Part shown: positions 11,221 through 23,599 of the stretch, piece after piece | Numbering within the stretch: the stretch's first letter is position 1 | Layout: each line of letters opens with the position of its first letter | Origin: Mobula birostris | Taxonomy: Eukaryota | Direction: 5' to 3' | Assembly: GCF_030028105.1 (NCBI RefSeq) | Contig: NC_092371.1 | Coordinates: 197,902,031-197,966,030 of the forward strand | DNA: 64,000 nt | Translations under genes and position numbers: made by a program | The notes under the pieces: model-generated | Told to the model about the DNA's origin: nothing | The model's input: the letters and a program-made list of their open reading frames with translations, nothing else | Database searches by the model: none

Positions 11221-13898
11221 TCAATTTCTTCGCATTTCTGTTCTGAAAGGGCGCCCTTCAATCCTGAAGTCATGCCCTCTCGTACTAGACTCCCCCATCA
11301 TGGGAAACAACTTTGCCACATCCACTCTGTCCATGCCTTTTAACATTCGAAATGTTTCTATGAGGTCTCCCCTCATTCTTCTAAACTCCAAGGAATACAG
11401 TCCAAGAGCGGACAAACGTTCCTCATATGTTAACCCTCTCATTCCCGGAATCATTCTAGTGAATCTTCTCTGTACCCTCTCCAACGTCAGCACATCCTTT
11501 CTTAAATAAGGAGACCAAAACTGCCCACAGTACTCCAAGTGAGGTCTCACCAGCACCTTATATAGCCTCAACATCACATCCCTGCTCCTATACTCTATTC
11601 CTATAGAAATGATTGCCAACATTGCATTCGCCTTCTTCACTACTGACTCAACCTGGAGGTTAACTTTAAGGGAATCCTGTACGAGGACTCCCAAGTCCCG
11701 TTGCATCTCAGAACTTTGAATTCTTTCCCCATTTAAATAATAATCTGCCCGTTTATTTTTTCTGCCAAAGTGCATAACCATACACTTTCCAACATTGTAC
11801 TTCATTTGCCACTTCTCTGCCCATTCTTCCAATCTATCCAAGTCTCTCTGCAGATTCTCCGTTTCCTCAGCACTACCAGCCCCTCCACCTATCTTCGTAT
11901 CGTCAGCAAACCTAGCCACAAAGCCATCTATTCCATAATCCAAATCGTTGATGTACAATGTAAAAAGAAGCGGCCCCAACACTGATCCCTGTGGAACACC
12001 ACTGGTATCCGGCAGCCAACCAGAATAGGATCCCTTTATTCCCATTCTCTGTTTCCTGCCAATCAGCCAACGCTCTATCCACGTATGTAACTTTCCTGTA
12101 ATTCCATGTGCTCTTATCTTGTTAAGTAGCCTCATGTGTGGCACCTTGTCAAAGGCCTTCTGAAAATCCAAATATACAACATCCACTGCATCTCCCTTGT
12201 CTAGCCTACTGGTAATTTCCTCAAAAAATTGTAATAGGTTTGTCAGGCAGGATTTTCCTTTAAGGAATCCATGCAGAGCTCTGCCTATCTTGTCATATGC
12301 CTCCAGGTACTCTGTAACCTCATCCTTGACAATTGACTCCAACAACTTCCCAACCACCGATGTCAAGCTAACAGGTCTATAATTTCCTTTTTGCTTCCTT
12401 GCCCCCTTCTTAAATAGCAGAGTGACATTTGCAATCTTCCGGTCTTCCGGAACCATGCCAGAACCTATCGACTTTTGAAAGATCATTGGTAATGCCTCCG
12501 CAATCTCCACAGCTACTTCCTTCAGAACACGAGGGTGCATTTCATCTGGTCCAGGAGATTTATCGACCTTTAGCCTATTCAGCTTCCTGAGTACATTCTG
12601 TGTCGTAATTGTGACTGTGCACACTTCTCTTCCCTGCCACCCTTGAGTGTCCGGTATCCTGCTGTCTTCCTCAGTGAAGACTGATGCAAAATACTTGTTC
12701 AGTTCCTCTGCCATCTCCTCATCTCCCATTACAATTTCTCCAGTATCATTTTCTATCGGTCCTATATCTACTCTCACCTGTCTTTTACTCTTTATATACT
12801 TGAAAAAGCTTTAGTATCCTCTTTGATATTATTTGCTAGTTTCCTTTCATAGTTAATCTTTTCTCTCTTAATGACCTTCTTGGTTTCCTTTTGTAAGGTT
12901 TTAAAAACGTCTCAATCCTCTGTCTTCCCACTAATTTTTGCTTCCTTGTATGCCCTCTCCTTTGCTTTAACTTTGGCTTTGACTTCTCTTGTCAACCACG
13001 GTTGCATCCTTTCTCCACACAAAAATTTCTTCTTTTTTGGAATATACCTGTCTTGCACATTCCTCATTTCTCACATAAAATCCAGCCACTGCTGCTCTGC
13101 CGTCTTTCCCGCCAGTGTCTCTTTCCAGTCAACCTTGGCCAGTTCCTCTCTCATGCCACTGTAATTTCCTTTTCTCCACTGAAACACCGACACATCGGAT
13201 TTCGGCTTCTCTTTTTCTAATTTCACAGTGAACTCAATCATGTTATGATCACTGCCTCCTAAGGGTTCCTTCACCTCAATCCCTCCAATCACCTCCAGTT
13301 CATTATACAATACCCAATCCAGTACAGCCGATCCCCTAGTGGGCTCAACAACAAGCTGTTCTAAAAAGCCATCTCGCAGACATTCTACAAATTCTCTCTC
13401 TTGAGATCCAGTGCCGACCTGATTTTTCCAATCTACTCGCATGTTAAAATCCCCCACAATTATCATAACACTACCCTTCTGACAAGCCTTTTCTATTTCC
13501 GGTTGTAATTTGTAGCCCACATCGCTGCAGCTGTTTGGAGGCCTATAAATAACTGCCATCAGGGTCCTTTTACCCCTGCTATTCCTTAGCTCAACCCATA
13601 AAGATTCTGCACCTTCCAATCCTATATCACCTCTTTCTAATGATTTAATATCATTTCTTACCAATAAAGCCACGCCTCCCCCTCTGCCTACCTGCTTATC
13701 CTTCCAATACACTGTGTAACCTTGAACATTCAGCTCCCAGAGACATGCATCCTTTAGCCAGGTCTCAGTAATGGCCACAATATCGTACCTGCCAATCTGT
13801 AGCTGTACAACAAGATCATCCACCTTATTCCTTATGCTGCGTGCATTTAAGTACAATACCTTAAGACCAGTATTTGATACTTTTCGCTTTGATTTCAC
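11221..13898 (-). pseudogene. CR1 ORF2 (APE endonuclease plus reverse transcriptase) with stop and frameshift
   Basis: 275-aa piece (YLNARSIRNK, ITETWL, YRPP, GDFN, SDH) and 518-aa piece (NYRPVSLTS, DFQKAFDKVPH, GVPQGSVLGP, FADD). Confidence 0.93.
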
Positions 13899-14037
13899 TG
13901 CAACTCATCCCAATGGCTACACATTTGCCCCATCACCTGCCTGAATTTCCTGACATCTTTACTGCTCACTATCTTAGATTTATTTCTGTTTTCCCCTTCT
14001 TCCGCTGTATCATTCCGGTTCCCATCCCCCTGCCAAA

Positions 14038-14671
14038 TTAGTTGAAACCCTCCCTAACAGCTCTATTAAACTTTCCCGCCAGGATATTGGTCCCCTTCGG
14101 GTTCAGGTGTAACCTGTCCTTTTTGAACAGGTCATACTTTCCCCGGAAGAGATCCCAATTATCCAAGAATCTGAAGCCCTGCCCCCTACACCAGTCTCTC
14201 AGCCAGGCATTCATCTGCCTGATCCAACTACTCTTGCCCTCGCTAGCACGTGGCACAGGTGGCAATCCTGAGATTACTACCCTGGAGGTCCTGCTTCTCA
14301 GCTTCCTTCCTAACTCCTGGAAATCTCTCTTCAGGACCTTCTCCTTTGTCCTATCTATGTCATTGGTACCAACATGTACCAAGACAACTGGCTGCTCACC
14401 CTCCCCCTTTAGAATATTCAGGACCCTATCCGAGACATCCCGTACCCTGGCACCTGGGAGGCAACACACCATGCGGGTATCTCTATCAGGCTCACAGAAT
14501 CTCCTGTCTGTTCCCCTGACTATGGAATCCCCCACAACTGCCGCATTTCTCTTCTCCCTCCTTCTCTCCTGCACAACAGCACCAGGCTCAGTGCCAGAGA
14601 CCCGGTCACCGTGGGCGTCCCCTGTCAGGTCATCCCCCTCAACAGCATCCACAACAAGATATTTGTTGCTG
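14038..14671 (-). pseudogene. CR1 ORF1 C-terminal SGNH/GDSL esterase domain
   Basis: VVGDSIVRG, CLPGARV, HVGTND and DRLHLN motifs. Confidence 0.9.
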
Positions 14672-15389
14672 AGTAGAACAAAGGGATCTAGGAATACAAG
14701 TCTATAATTCGTTGAAAGTGGTGTCACAGGTAGATAGGGTCATAAAGAAAGCTTTTAGCACATTGGCCTTCATAAATCAAAGTAATGAGTACAGGAGATG
14801 GAATGTTATGTTGAAGCTGTATAAGACATTGGTGTGACCTAATTTGGAGAATTGTGTGCAGTTTGGTCACCTGCCTATAGGAAAGATGTAAAGTTGAAAG
14901 AGTGCAGGAAAAATTTACAAGGATGTTGTCAGGTCTGGAGGACCTGAGTTATAAGAAAAGATTAAATAGGTTAGGACTTTATTCCTTGGAACATAGAAGG
15001 TTGAGAGGAGATTTGATAGAGGTATATAAAATTATGAGGGGTAAATTCAAGCAGGCTTTGTCCACTGAGGTTGGGTAGGGCAATAACCAAAGGTCAGGGT
15101 GAAAGGTGAAAAGTTTAAGGAGAACATGAGGGGAAATAATCACTTGGAGGGTTGTGAGAGTTGGAATGAGCTTCCAGCACAAGTGGTGCATGTAAGTTCG
15201 ATATCAAAGTTTAAGTGAAGTTTGGATAGGCACATGGATGCTAGGGGTATGTAGAGCTATGGTCCCTGCAAAGGTGATGGCAGTAGGCAGCTTAAACGGT
15301 TCAGCATAGACTAGATGTTCCAGAAGGCATGTTTCTATGCTGTACTTTTATATGACTCTATGTCTCTATAATATCAATTACTCTGTATG

Positions 15390-15845
15390 GAAGAATACTC
15401 CAGGCTTTTACTGGCATTCCGAAACAATCTACTGACAAGCTTCAACTCCTTCAAAATGGCATTGCTGGACTTCTAATTAAAACCAGGATGAGGGCACATA
15501 TGACTCCTGTCATAGCCAGTCTACGTTGGCTTCCTGTATCTTTTAAACATTGATTTTAAAGTTCTATCACTTGCTTTTAAAGCTCTGAATGGTCTGAGAC
15601 CTGCAAACATCACAGTTGACTTAAATGCCAGTTCAAAACCTATTAATTTTACTTTGCTTTTCTTCAGGACTTGAAAGGAAGAGGGATGATGCTAGAATAA
15701 AAAGTTGGGAGAAAGGGAAAATATATTTTCATCTCTTATTTCATGTTTGCACTTTATCCCATTGTAAAGCATGTTGAACTACATTGCTTGCATGATAGGT
15801 ACTCTAAATAAGTTATTACTATTATTATTATTATTATTATGTTAT
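15390..15845 (+). mobile_element. L2-clade LINE 3' fragment ending in (TTA)n
   Basis: Manual translation gives KLQLLQNGIAGLL..TRMRAHMTPVIASLRWLPV..IDFKVLSLAFKALNGL. The 3' UTR GTAAAGCA..TGAACTACATT..CATGA..GGT..TAAATAAGTTATT is L2-like. Confidence 0.75.
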
Positions 15846-17932
15846 TTTTTTCTCAGCTCAAGCTGTTAAAACCTGAGGTACGGACAGAGCCAAGCAGACT
15901 CATTTGTCAATTGCTTGGAACTTTCTGTCTATTCTAGTGGTGTTTCTTATTGTTGCTTTCTGAAGATTTACATATGTATGCAATCCTAATTGTTTAATAC
16001 TACTGTATAGTGCCTTTGGGATGACACCAGTAGTAGATATTACCATCAGAACAATGTACATCTTGTTCATGTTCGAATATCTTTCAATTTCCTCTTTTAA
16101 TTCAGCATATTTCTGGTGTTTTTCATTTTCTGATTTCTGTAGGTTATGTGTGCTTGGAATGGCCATATCTATTTATTGTGTGCAGTTTTGGTCCCCTAAT
16201 CTGAGGAAAGACATCCTTGCCATAGAGGAAGTACAAAGAAGTACAAAGAAGGTTCACCAGATTGATTCCTGGGATGGCAGGACTTTCATATGATGAAAGT
16301 CTAGATCGACTAGGCTTATACTCGTTGGAATTTAGAAGATTGAGGGGGGATCTTATTGAAACATATAAAATCCTAAAGGGATTGGACAGGCTAGATGCAG
16401 GATGATTGTTCCCGATGTTGGGGAAGTCCAGAATGAGGGGTCACAGTTTGAGGATAAAGGGGAAGCCTTTTAGGACCGAGATTAGGAAAAACTTCTTCAC
16501 ACAGAGAGTGGTGAATCTGTGGAATTCTCTGCCACAGGAAACAGTTGAGGCTAGTTCGTTGAGGCCAGTTCATTGAGGCCAGATATTTAAGAGGGAGTTA
16601 GATATGGCCCTTGTGGCTAAAGGGATCTGGGGTATGGGGGGGAAGACTGGTACAGGGTTCTGAGTTGGATGATCAGCCATGATCATACTGAATGGCGGTG
16701 CAGGCTTGAAGGGCCGAATGGCCTACTCCTGCACCTATTTTCTATGTTTCTATGTATCAAATAAGTTTGTTCTTGCTTGTTTATTCTGTATTATTATATC
16801 TGGGTGGTTATTATCTGTAATAACTGATCAGTCATAATATAATTTGTGGTATTCTGACTCCAATTCTGGATCAGGCTTGTATTTATAGTAGGGTGTGATT
16901 TCATTTATGAGTTTGTATTTTGAAGGAAGATTCTGGTGAATGATACTTGCTACTTGATTGTGCCTGTGTAAGTAATCAGATTGTGTTAAACTGCTACAAG
17001 CTCCTGTAATGTGTTGGTTGTTTCTGTTTTTTCTTGGCATTATCTACATTTATCATCTTGAATTTGTTGGTCTTTTGTTACGTATTTTTGATAAGTTGTT
17101 GTGTTAACCACCTGGTCCTGTATTGCCACAAGGAATCCTTCTTTTTCTGGGAAGAGGTCTCCAACTCTGAGCCAGGCGTTTGATGCTTCTTTGCCGGCAT
17201 CTATTCCACTCAGATCATGAGGATGTTTTCCATGGAAGGTCATGCTCTTCTAGTGGTTAACTTTTTCTTCAATAGTGATAATGTCTTCATTTTTCTGGGT
17301 TGTGCTCTCATTTATGTTTCATAGTGTATACAGTACCTCTTATTGGAATTACATATGCTCGCGTGGAGTGCTGATTCCTGTTTTCATTGATAAAAGTATA
17401 ACCTTAGAAGAATTGTCTGATTCTGTTATTCCTCTTTCCCCTTCTGTCCTAAGTAGTGTTAATCTAACAAATATACATAATGTTTTCTGAAATTAGTCGG
17501 TTCTGTTCTTATTTTTCTTTGTAAATTTTCCAGATCAGTTTTTGGACCAAGGTATTATACCAAAAGAATGCATTAGTATAACTATAGCAAAAGTGGTTAT
17601 TGCCATTGTTATATTTTTACAGTTGAGCTCTGTGTGACAGATTTTTTAAAGCTTAAAGTAAATTCTGTCAAAAGATTTTCCTTTATCACACTATGATCTA
17701 TTTTCTTTGCTTGTTGATATCCCAGATACTTCTATGTTTCATATTCATCCATCGGTTGTATTTTATCCTGCTGCTCTGTTTTGTATTCTATTGCACCTTT
17801 CTTTATGTTTAATGTTCTCCATTTATCCAGTCCAAAGTTCATGTTATATCTTTCGAAAATAGTTCTACTATTTGAATGAATTGCTTTAGCTTAACTTACA
17901 AAGGAGCATATAATCTCAAATCATCCATGTAT
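15846..17932 (-). mobile_element. R4-clade (Dong/Rex6-like) non-LTR element with restriction-like endonuclease, 5'-truncated
   Basis: YMDDLRLYA at the 5' end; EGFLVAIQDQV, DDKCR.C..HITGAC, YLHRHNQVA, NHPDII, DMAIP..EKHQKY and ISTTGVIPK downstream. Both junctions lie in (TTA)n. Confidence 0.85.
16172..16756 (+). mobile_element. CR1 3' fragment nested in the R4 element
   Basis: YCVQFWSPNLRKDILAIEEVQR, RGHSLRIKG and a (TTTCTATG)n tail. Confidence 0.9.
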
Positions 17933-17954
17933 TATATTATTATTATTATTAAGC

Positions 17955-18365
17955 TTTTGACCACCCATCCATACAGCATTCTCTCTGACTTTCTACCATC
18001 AGTCAGGAGACTACAAAGCATAAAAAAAAGAACAGTCAGGATGAGAAACAGTTTCTTCCCCCAGGTCATTAGACATCTGACATTCCTGCTGATTCCTATC
18101 CGAAATGTCACTGGTTAATCTATTCTGTACCTCACAGTATTTAATATTAATGCACCTTAGTTTGTTATGTATGTGTAATTCATCTGTAGATTTTATCCTT
18201 ACCTTCATAAGTCATCCTGTGTTACGTGTGTTTGTATAGTACTGTGCTTAACACACTGGTTCAGAGAAATGTCTCATTTCTATATACATTATATGGTTAT
18301 ATACTGCATGTTCCATACATGTATATAGTTGACAATAAACTTGTATGACAATAAACTTGACATAA
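17955..18365 (+). mobile_element. Rex1-like LINE 3' end
   Basis: HPYSILSDFLPSVRRLQSIKKRTVRMRNSFFPQVIR and an AATAAACTTGA tail. Confidence 0.7.
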
Positions 18366-19057
18366 CTTGATTACAGATACACATAAGAGAAAAGTTAAAT
18401 AAAATCAGAAAATACTGGAAATAGTCAGGAGATATGACAATTCTTTGAAAGAAGCAGAGTGAACATTTCAAGCTGATAGTTATGTTTCACCTATGTTTTG
18501 ATAGCTATGTTTTGTGGCATCACCAAGCCCATTTACAGGCTATAAATACGATAAATAGTTGTAACCCCAAAATACAGCTCTGGTCACAACCAACCAGCTT
18601 GACTTCATCTCCATTACTCCTTCTCCTGGGTTCTTTATCATTAAACCATTTTTAAACTGGGTTGGCAATTTGATTTCACTTCTAATGTATTAATCTTTAC
18701 TTAACTATTATAAGAGAATCTTTATCAAATGCCTTCTATGAAGCCAAAAAAATTATTCCGAACTTTCTGCTATGGCCTCTCTTTCTGGTTCTTTCTGAAC
18801 AGCTAGAATTTATTAAGGTTTTCAGTCACTTTGCCGTTAATGATAGATACAAATAATTTCCCATCAAATGTTGAACGAACATAATTCTCTTTTTCACTTT
18901 TTCTCTCTAATTCACTTTTTTCTGTGCCCTTTTTTAAAATATGGAGGGATGAGCACAATTTTTTATAAAACTGAAGAAACTTTTGGTAGCCAGCTTTATA
19001 TTATTGGTTAGTCTACCATCATATTTCACCTTTTCCCTTCTTGTAGCTTTTTTAGTT

Positions 19058-19661
19058 TTGAAACCCGACGCAGATTGGGGAACCGCTTCGTCGAGCACCT
19101 CCGCTCCGCCCGCCACAACAGAGAAGGATTTCCCGGTTGCCACCCACTTCAACTCTGCTTCCCATTCCCATTTGGATATGTCCATACATGGCCTCTTCTA
19201 CTGCCATGATGAGGCTAAACTCAGGTTGGAGGAGCAACACCTCATATACTGTCTAGGTAGTCTCCAGCCCCTTGGTATGAACATAGAATTCTCCAACTTC
19301 CAGTAATTCCCTTCCCCTCCCTTCCCCTATCCCTATTTCACTCTGCCCCCTCCCCCTGCTGCCTATCATCTCCCTCATGGTTCCGCCTCCTTCTACTACC
19401 CATTGTGCTTTCCCCTATTCCTTCTTCACCTTTCCTGCCTATCACCTCCCTGCTTCCCCTCCCCCACCCCTTTATCTTTCCCCTTACTGGTTTTTCACCT
19501 GGAACCTACCAGCCTTCTCCTTCCCACCCTCCCCCCACCTTCTTTATAGGGCCTCTGCCCCTTCCCTCTTCCGTCCTGATGAAGGGTTCCGGCCTGAAAC
19601 GTTGACTGATCGTTTCCATGGATGCTGCCCGACCTGCTGAGTTCCTCCAGCGTGCTGTGAG
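19058..19661 (+). mobile_element. Penelope-like element 3' end (GIY-YIG C-terminus plus pLTR)
   Basis: PVATHFNSASHSH..RLEEQHLIYCLGSLQPLGMN. 16-bp TSD TGTAGCTTTTTTAGTT at 19042-19057 and 19662-19677. Confidence 0.9.
19571..19608 (+). ncRNA. Minimal type I hammerhead ribozyme motif
   Basis: ccGTC-CTGATGA-AGGgttccggCCT-GAAAC-GTT-GACtg: intact core, short stems I and II, and palindromic ACGT in place of stem III. Confidence 0.75.
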
Positions 19662-22209
19662 TGTAGCTTTTTTAGTTGCCTTCCCTTAGCTTTTAAAAGC
19701 TTCCCAATCATCCAACTTCCCACTCACTTTTGCTACCTTATATGCCCTTTCCTTAGCTTTTAATTAAGCAGTCCCTAACTTCCTTTGTCAGCCATAGTTG
19801 CCTACCCTTGCCATTTGAGAACTTATTCCTGTGGGACATATCTATCCTGCACCTTGTGAACAATTCCCAGAAACTTCAGCCATTTCTGCTTGCCTCATCC
19901 CCTCCAGTATCCTCCTCCAATCCCCTGAAAAGGCTCCTCTCTTATGCCTCTGTAATTCCCTTTATTCCATTGCGATAGAGATACATCTGACTTATGCTTC
20001 GCCCTTTCAAACTGCGGTATGAATTCAATCATATTGTGATCACTGCCTCCTGAGAGTTCCTTTATGTTAATTCCCCAATAAGATCTGGGTAATTCCACAA
20101 CACCCATTCTAAAGTAGCCTTTCCCCAGGTAAGCTGAAGCACAACAAAATCTGTTCTAAAAGGCCATCTCATAGGCATTCAACAAATTCCCCCTCTTGCG
20201 ATCTGGCACCAATCTGATTTTCCCAATCCCCTTGCAAACTGATGTGCCCCGTTACAATTGTATCATTACCCTTATTACATGCCTTTTCCAGCTCCATTTG
20301 CAATCTCAACCCTACATCTTGGCTGCTATTTGGAGGCCTATATATGATTCCCATAATTATTTTTTTACCCTTGCAATTTCTTAATTTCAGCAACAAAGTT
20401 TCAACATTCTCTGATCCTATGGCACCTCCTTCTAAAGATGTAATTCCATTTCTTACCAACAGCCACACCACTGTCAATGCCTTCCTGCCTGCCCTTTCAA
20501 TACAAAGTACATCCTTTGATGTTAAGCTCCCAACTATGGCCTTCTTTCAGCCCTGACTCAGTGGTGCCCACAATGTTATACCGAACAATCTCTAATCGTG
20601 CCACGGGTTCGTTCCCCTTCTGCATTTAAATACAGCACCTTTGTTCCTGCATTCTTTGCCCTTTTGAATTTTGCCTCTGTGGTACAATTTAACTCTTTGC
20701 TCTGTCTGCATTTGTAACCAATCATTAGCTTTTCCTTCCTTACATTCATGTTACACCCATCATCTACTTGTAAACCTGCTGGTTCATCTTCAGCTCTATC
20801 ATACTGGTTCCAATCCCCCTGCCATATTAGTTTAAACTCTAGTAAATCTGCCTGCAAGAATATTGGTTCCCCTCAGATTCAAGTGCAACCCATCCCTTTT
20901 GTACAGGTCCTACCTGCCCCAGAAGAGGTCCCAATTATCCAGAAATCTGAATCCCTATCCCCGCTCCAATTCTTCAGCCACGCATTTATCTGCCACCTCA
21001 TTCTATGCCTATTGCCGCATGGCACAGGCAGCAATCCCGAGATTGCTACCTTTGAAGTCCTGCTTCTCAGCTTCCTTCCCAACTCCCTGTATTCTTTTTT
21101 CAAGACCTCTTCCCTTTCGCTTCCTATGTCATTGGTACCAATACGTACCAAGACTTCTGGCTGCTCACCCCACCTTTTCAGGATATTGTGGATGCATCCA
21201 GAAACATCTCGGACCCTGGCACCTGGGAAGCAAACTATCATTTGTGATCCTTTTTGCATCCACAGAATTGCCTATCTGTTCCCCTGACTATAGAGTACCC
21301 TATAACTGCTGCCATCCCCTTCAGTTCCCTACCCTTCTAAGCCACTGGGCCAGACTGAGTCCCAGAGGTATAGCCGCTGTTGCTTCCCCCAGATAGGTTG
21401 TCCCCCGCAACAGTACTCAAAATGGAGTAGGGGGACAGCCACAGGTGTACTCTCCACTATCCGATGTTCTTCCTCCCCTCTCCTGACAGTTACCTGTAAC
21501 CTTGTGCGGACTACCTCCTTGTAGCTCCTGCCTATCACTGCCCCGCTTTCCCTAAAAAGCTGAAAGTCATCGAGCTGCAGCTCCAGTTTTCTCTCACTGT
21601 CTCTAAGGAGCTGCATCATGATGCACCTGGTGCAGATGTGGCCGTCGGGGAGGCTGGGAGTTTCCTAGAAATCCCACAGCTGACACCCAGAACAGAACAC
21701 TGGCTCTGTAGGCATGCCTCCTATTCCCTCAAGTGTTAAATAAGAAATGAGAAACAAGTAATGACCTCACCTGCTTATCCTCCGCTTGTTCTTGCCGAAG
21801 CCCTCTTGAGCCAAAACCTTACTACTCTGACTCAAGACTACTCCGATGACGACAACTCCCATGATGATCGCTCCGCCAGGTGATATCTGTCTTTTATAGA
21901 GACTGGGTTTTTAAAAGCTCTTTGTTGGACCTGCACAGGAACACCCTTGTTACGTCTGCACAGTACTGCAACCAATGACTCCCGCCGAAAAGCTTGCTGC
22001 TTTTTTAAGCTCTGTGTCGGGCCTGCTCCTGTTGCACCTGTGCAGTACTCCAATCAATGACTCCCATCAAAAAATCAGATCATTCATAACAGTGACATTC
22101 ATTCCACAAGGAACTGAGTACTTCAAGATTCTTAGGACACCTGCTATCCTTAATACACGCAACAGAATTTAAACTTTCTGCAGCCAAGCTGCAGGTAACG
22201 TGGGTCAAA

Positions 22210-22850
22210 GATAGAACATAGAACATAGAATAGTACAGCACAGTACAGGCCCTTCGGCCCACAATGTTGTGCTGACCCTTAAACCCTGCCTCCCATATAA
22301 CCCCCCACCTTAAATTCCTCCATATACCTGTCTAGTAGTCTCTTAAATTTCACTAGTGTATCTGTCTCCACCACTGACTCAGGCAGTGCATTCCACGCAC
22401 CAACCACTCTCTGAGTAAAAAACCTTCCTCTAATATCCCCCTTGAACTTCCCACCCCTTACCTTAAAGCCATGCCCTCTTGTACTGAGCACTGGTGCCCT
22501 GGAGAATAGGCGATCGCTGTCCACTCTATCTATTCTTCTTAATGTCTTGTATACCTCTATCTTGTCTCCTCTCATCCTCCTTCTCTCCAAAGAGTAAAGC
22601 CTTAGCTCCCTTAATCTCTGATCATAATGCATACTCTCTAAACCAGGCAGCATCCTGGTAAATCTCCTCTGCTTCCACATCCTTCTTATAGTGAGGCGAC
22701 CAGAACTGGACACAGTACTCCAAGTGTGGTCTAACCAGAGTTTTATAGAGCTGCATCATTACATCGCGATTCTTAAACTCTATCCCTCGACTTATGAAAG
22801 CTAACACCCCATAAGCTTTCTTAACTACCCTATCCACCTGTGTGGCAACT
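22210..22850 (-). mobile_element. CR1 3' fragment, same subfamily as 57581-60668
   Basis: VKKAYGVLAFISRGIEFK, LVRPHLEYCVQFWSP and a (TATGTTC)n tail. Confidence 0.92.
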
Positions 22851-23590
22851 GTGATGACCTGGGACTCAGGACAGCTTGCATTTACAGAATTCCATGTGAA
22901 TGCAGAATAGCGTATATCAGGCTTACAGTCGAAACCCACTTCAAGGAGCACAGGAAGTGTATCCATTCGCGTTAGACCATAAGATCATAAAACATTGGAG
23001 CAGAATTAGGCCATTCAGCCCATCTAGTCCACTCTGCCATCTCATCATGGCTGATCCCAGATCCCATTCAACCCCATAAACCTGCCCTCTCACCATATCC
23101 CTTGATGCCCTGACCAATCAGGAATCTACCAACTTCTGTTATGAATGTATCCATGGACTTGGCCTCTACCACAGTCTGTGGATTTCTGGGTAACCTAAAG
23201 AAATCTGCAGTATCAGAACTTTGCATTTGTAATGGCCTAGGATTGTCTTTGACAGCACTACAATACTGTGCCATGCCAATGGCTTTTGGGACCACCTAGT
23301 GCAAGAATCCATTGAAATAAAACTAGAGGAAAAGAATTTTAACGAAGACAAAAGTCTCACTCTAAGTAAGGTCTAGAATTTGATTGTAAACAAGGTTGGA
23401 CAGCAGAAACCTGATTGGATGAGGACTAACCAATCAGGAAGGATGGACAACGGGGATATAAATACCATTGGGCTGGACACGCGCAGGCATCATCCTTGAT
23501 GAAGATGGTACAGTTTGTTATCAAAACGCCAGTTAATACTGATACCTGGAGGCAGCTAGAAGCCCATGAAGAGTTTATTCATCATATACA
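22851..23590 (+). mobile_element. Second Penelope-like family: GIY-YIG endonuclease fragment and pLTR
   Basis: Manual translation gives DDLGLRTACIYRIPCEC..YI, KEHRKCI, KSAVSE.C and FWDHLVQESIEIKLEEKNFN, followed by CCAAT boxes, TATAAATA and a decayed hammerhead motif. Confidence 0.75.
22975..23182 (-). mobile_element. Short CR1 3' tail nested in Penelope
   Basis: VEAKSMDTFITEVGRFLIGQGIKGYG and a (CTTATGGT)-like tail. Confidence 0.8.
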
Positions 23591-23599
23591 TTGCAAAAG

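Larger units (their letters stand above)
10977..14671 (-). mobile_element. Young CR1 LINE, 5'-truncated within ORF1
   Basis: ORF1 esterase, ORF2 APE plus RT, and a (CTTATGGT)n tail. TSD AGTAGA at 10971-10976 and 14672-14677. Confidence 0.97.
10455..15365 (+). mobile_element. Older CR1 RT region and 3' end, split by a younger CR1
   Basis: WRPVTSEVSQGPVLGLLLF and DLDQLEKWADKWQMEFN at 10625-10948; the sequence resumes at 14672 with EQRDLGIQV and continues to a TCTATG-type tail near 15360. Confidence 0.85.
18935..22000 (-). mobile_element. CR1 5' half (ORF1 Zn-finger/esterase and APE), decayed
   Basis: CFPGARVRDV, IGTNDIG, KVLYLNA, IIYRPPNSS and GGSDHNMIEF. Interrupted by Penelope at 19058-19661. 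Confidence 0.85.

Noticed and set aside
14038-14727. Host GDSL lipase gene or domesticated esterase
   Set aside because: It is ORF1 of a CR1, directly upstream of ORF2 and 5'-truncated; the apparent start comes from flanking DNA.
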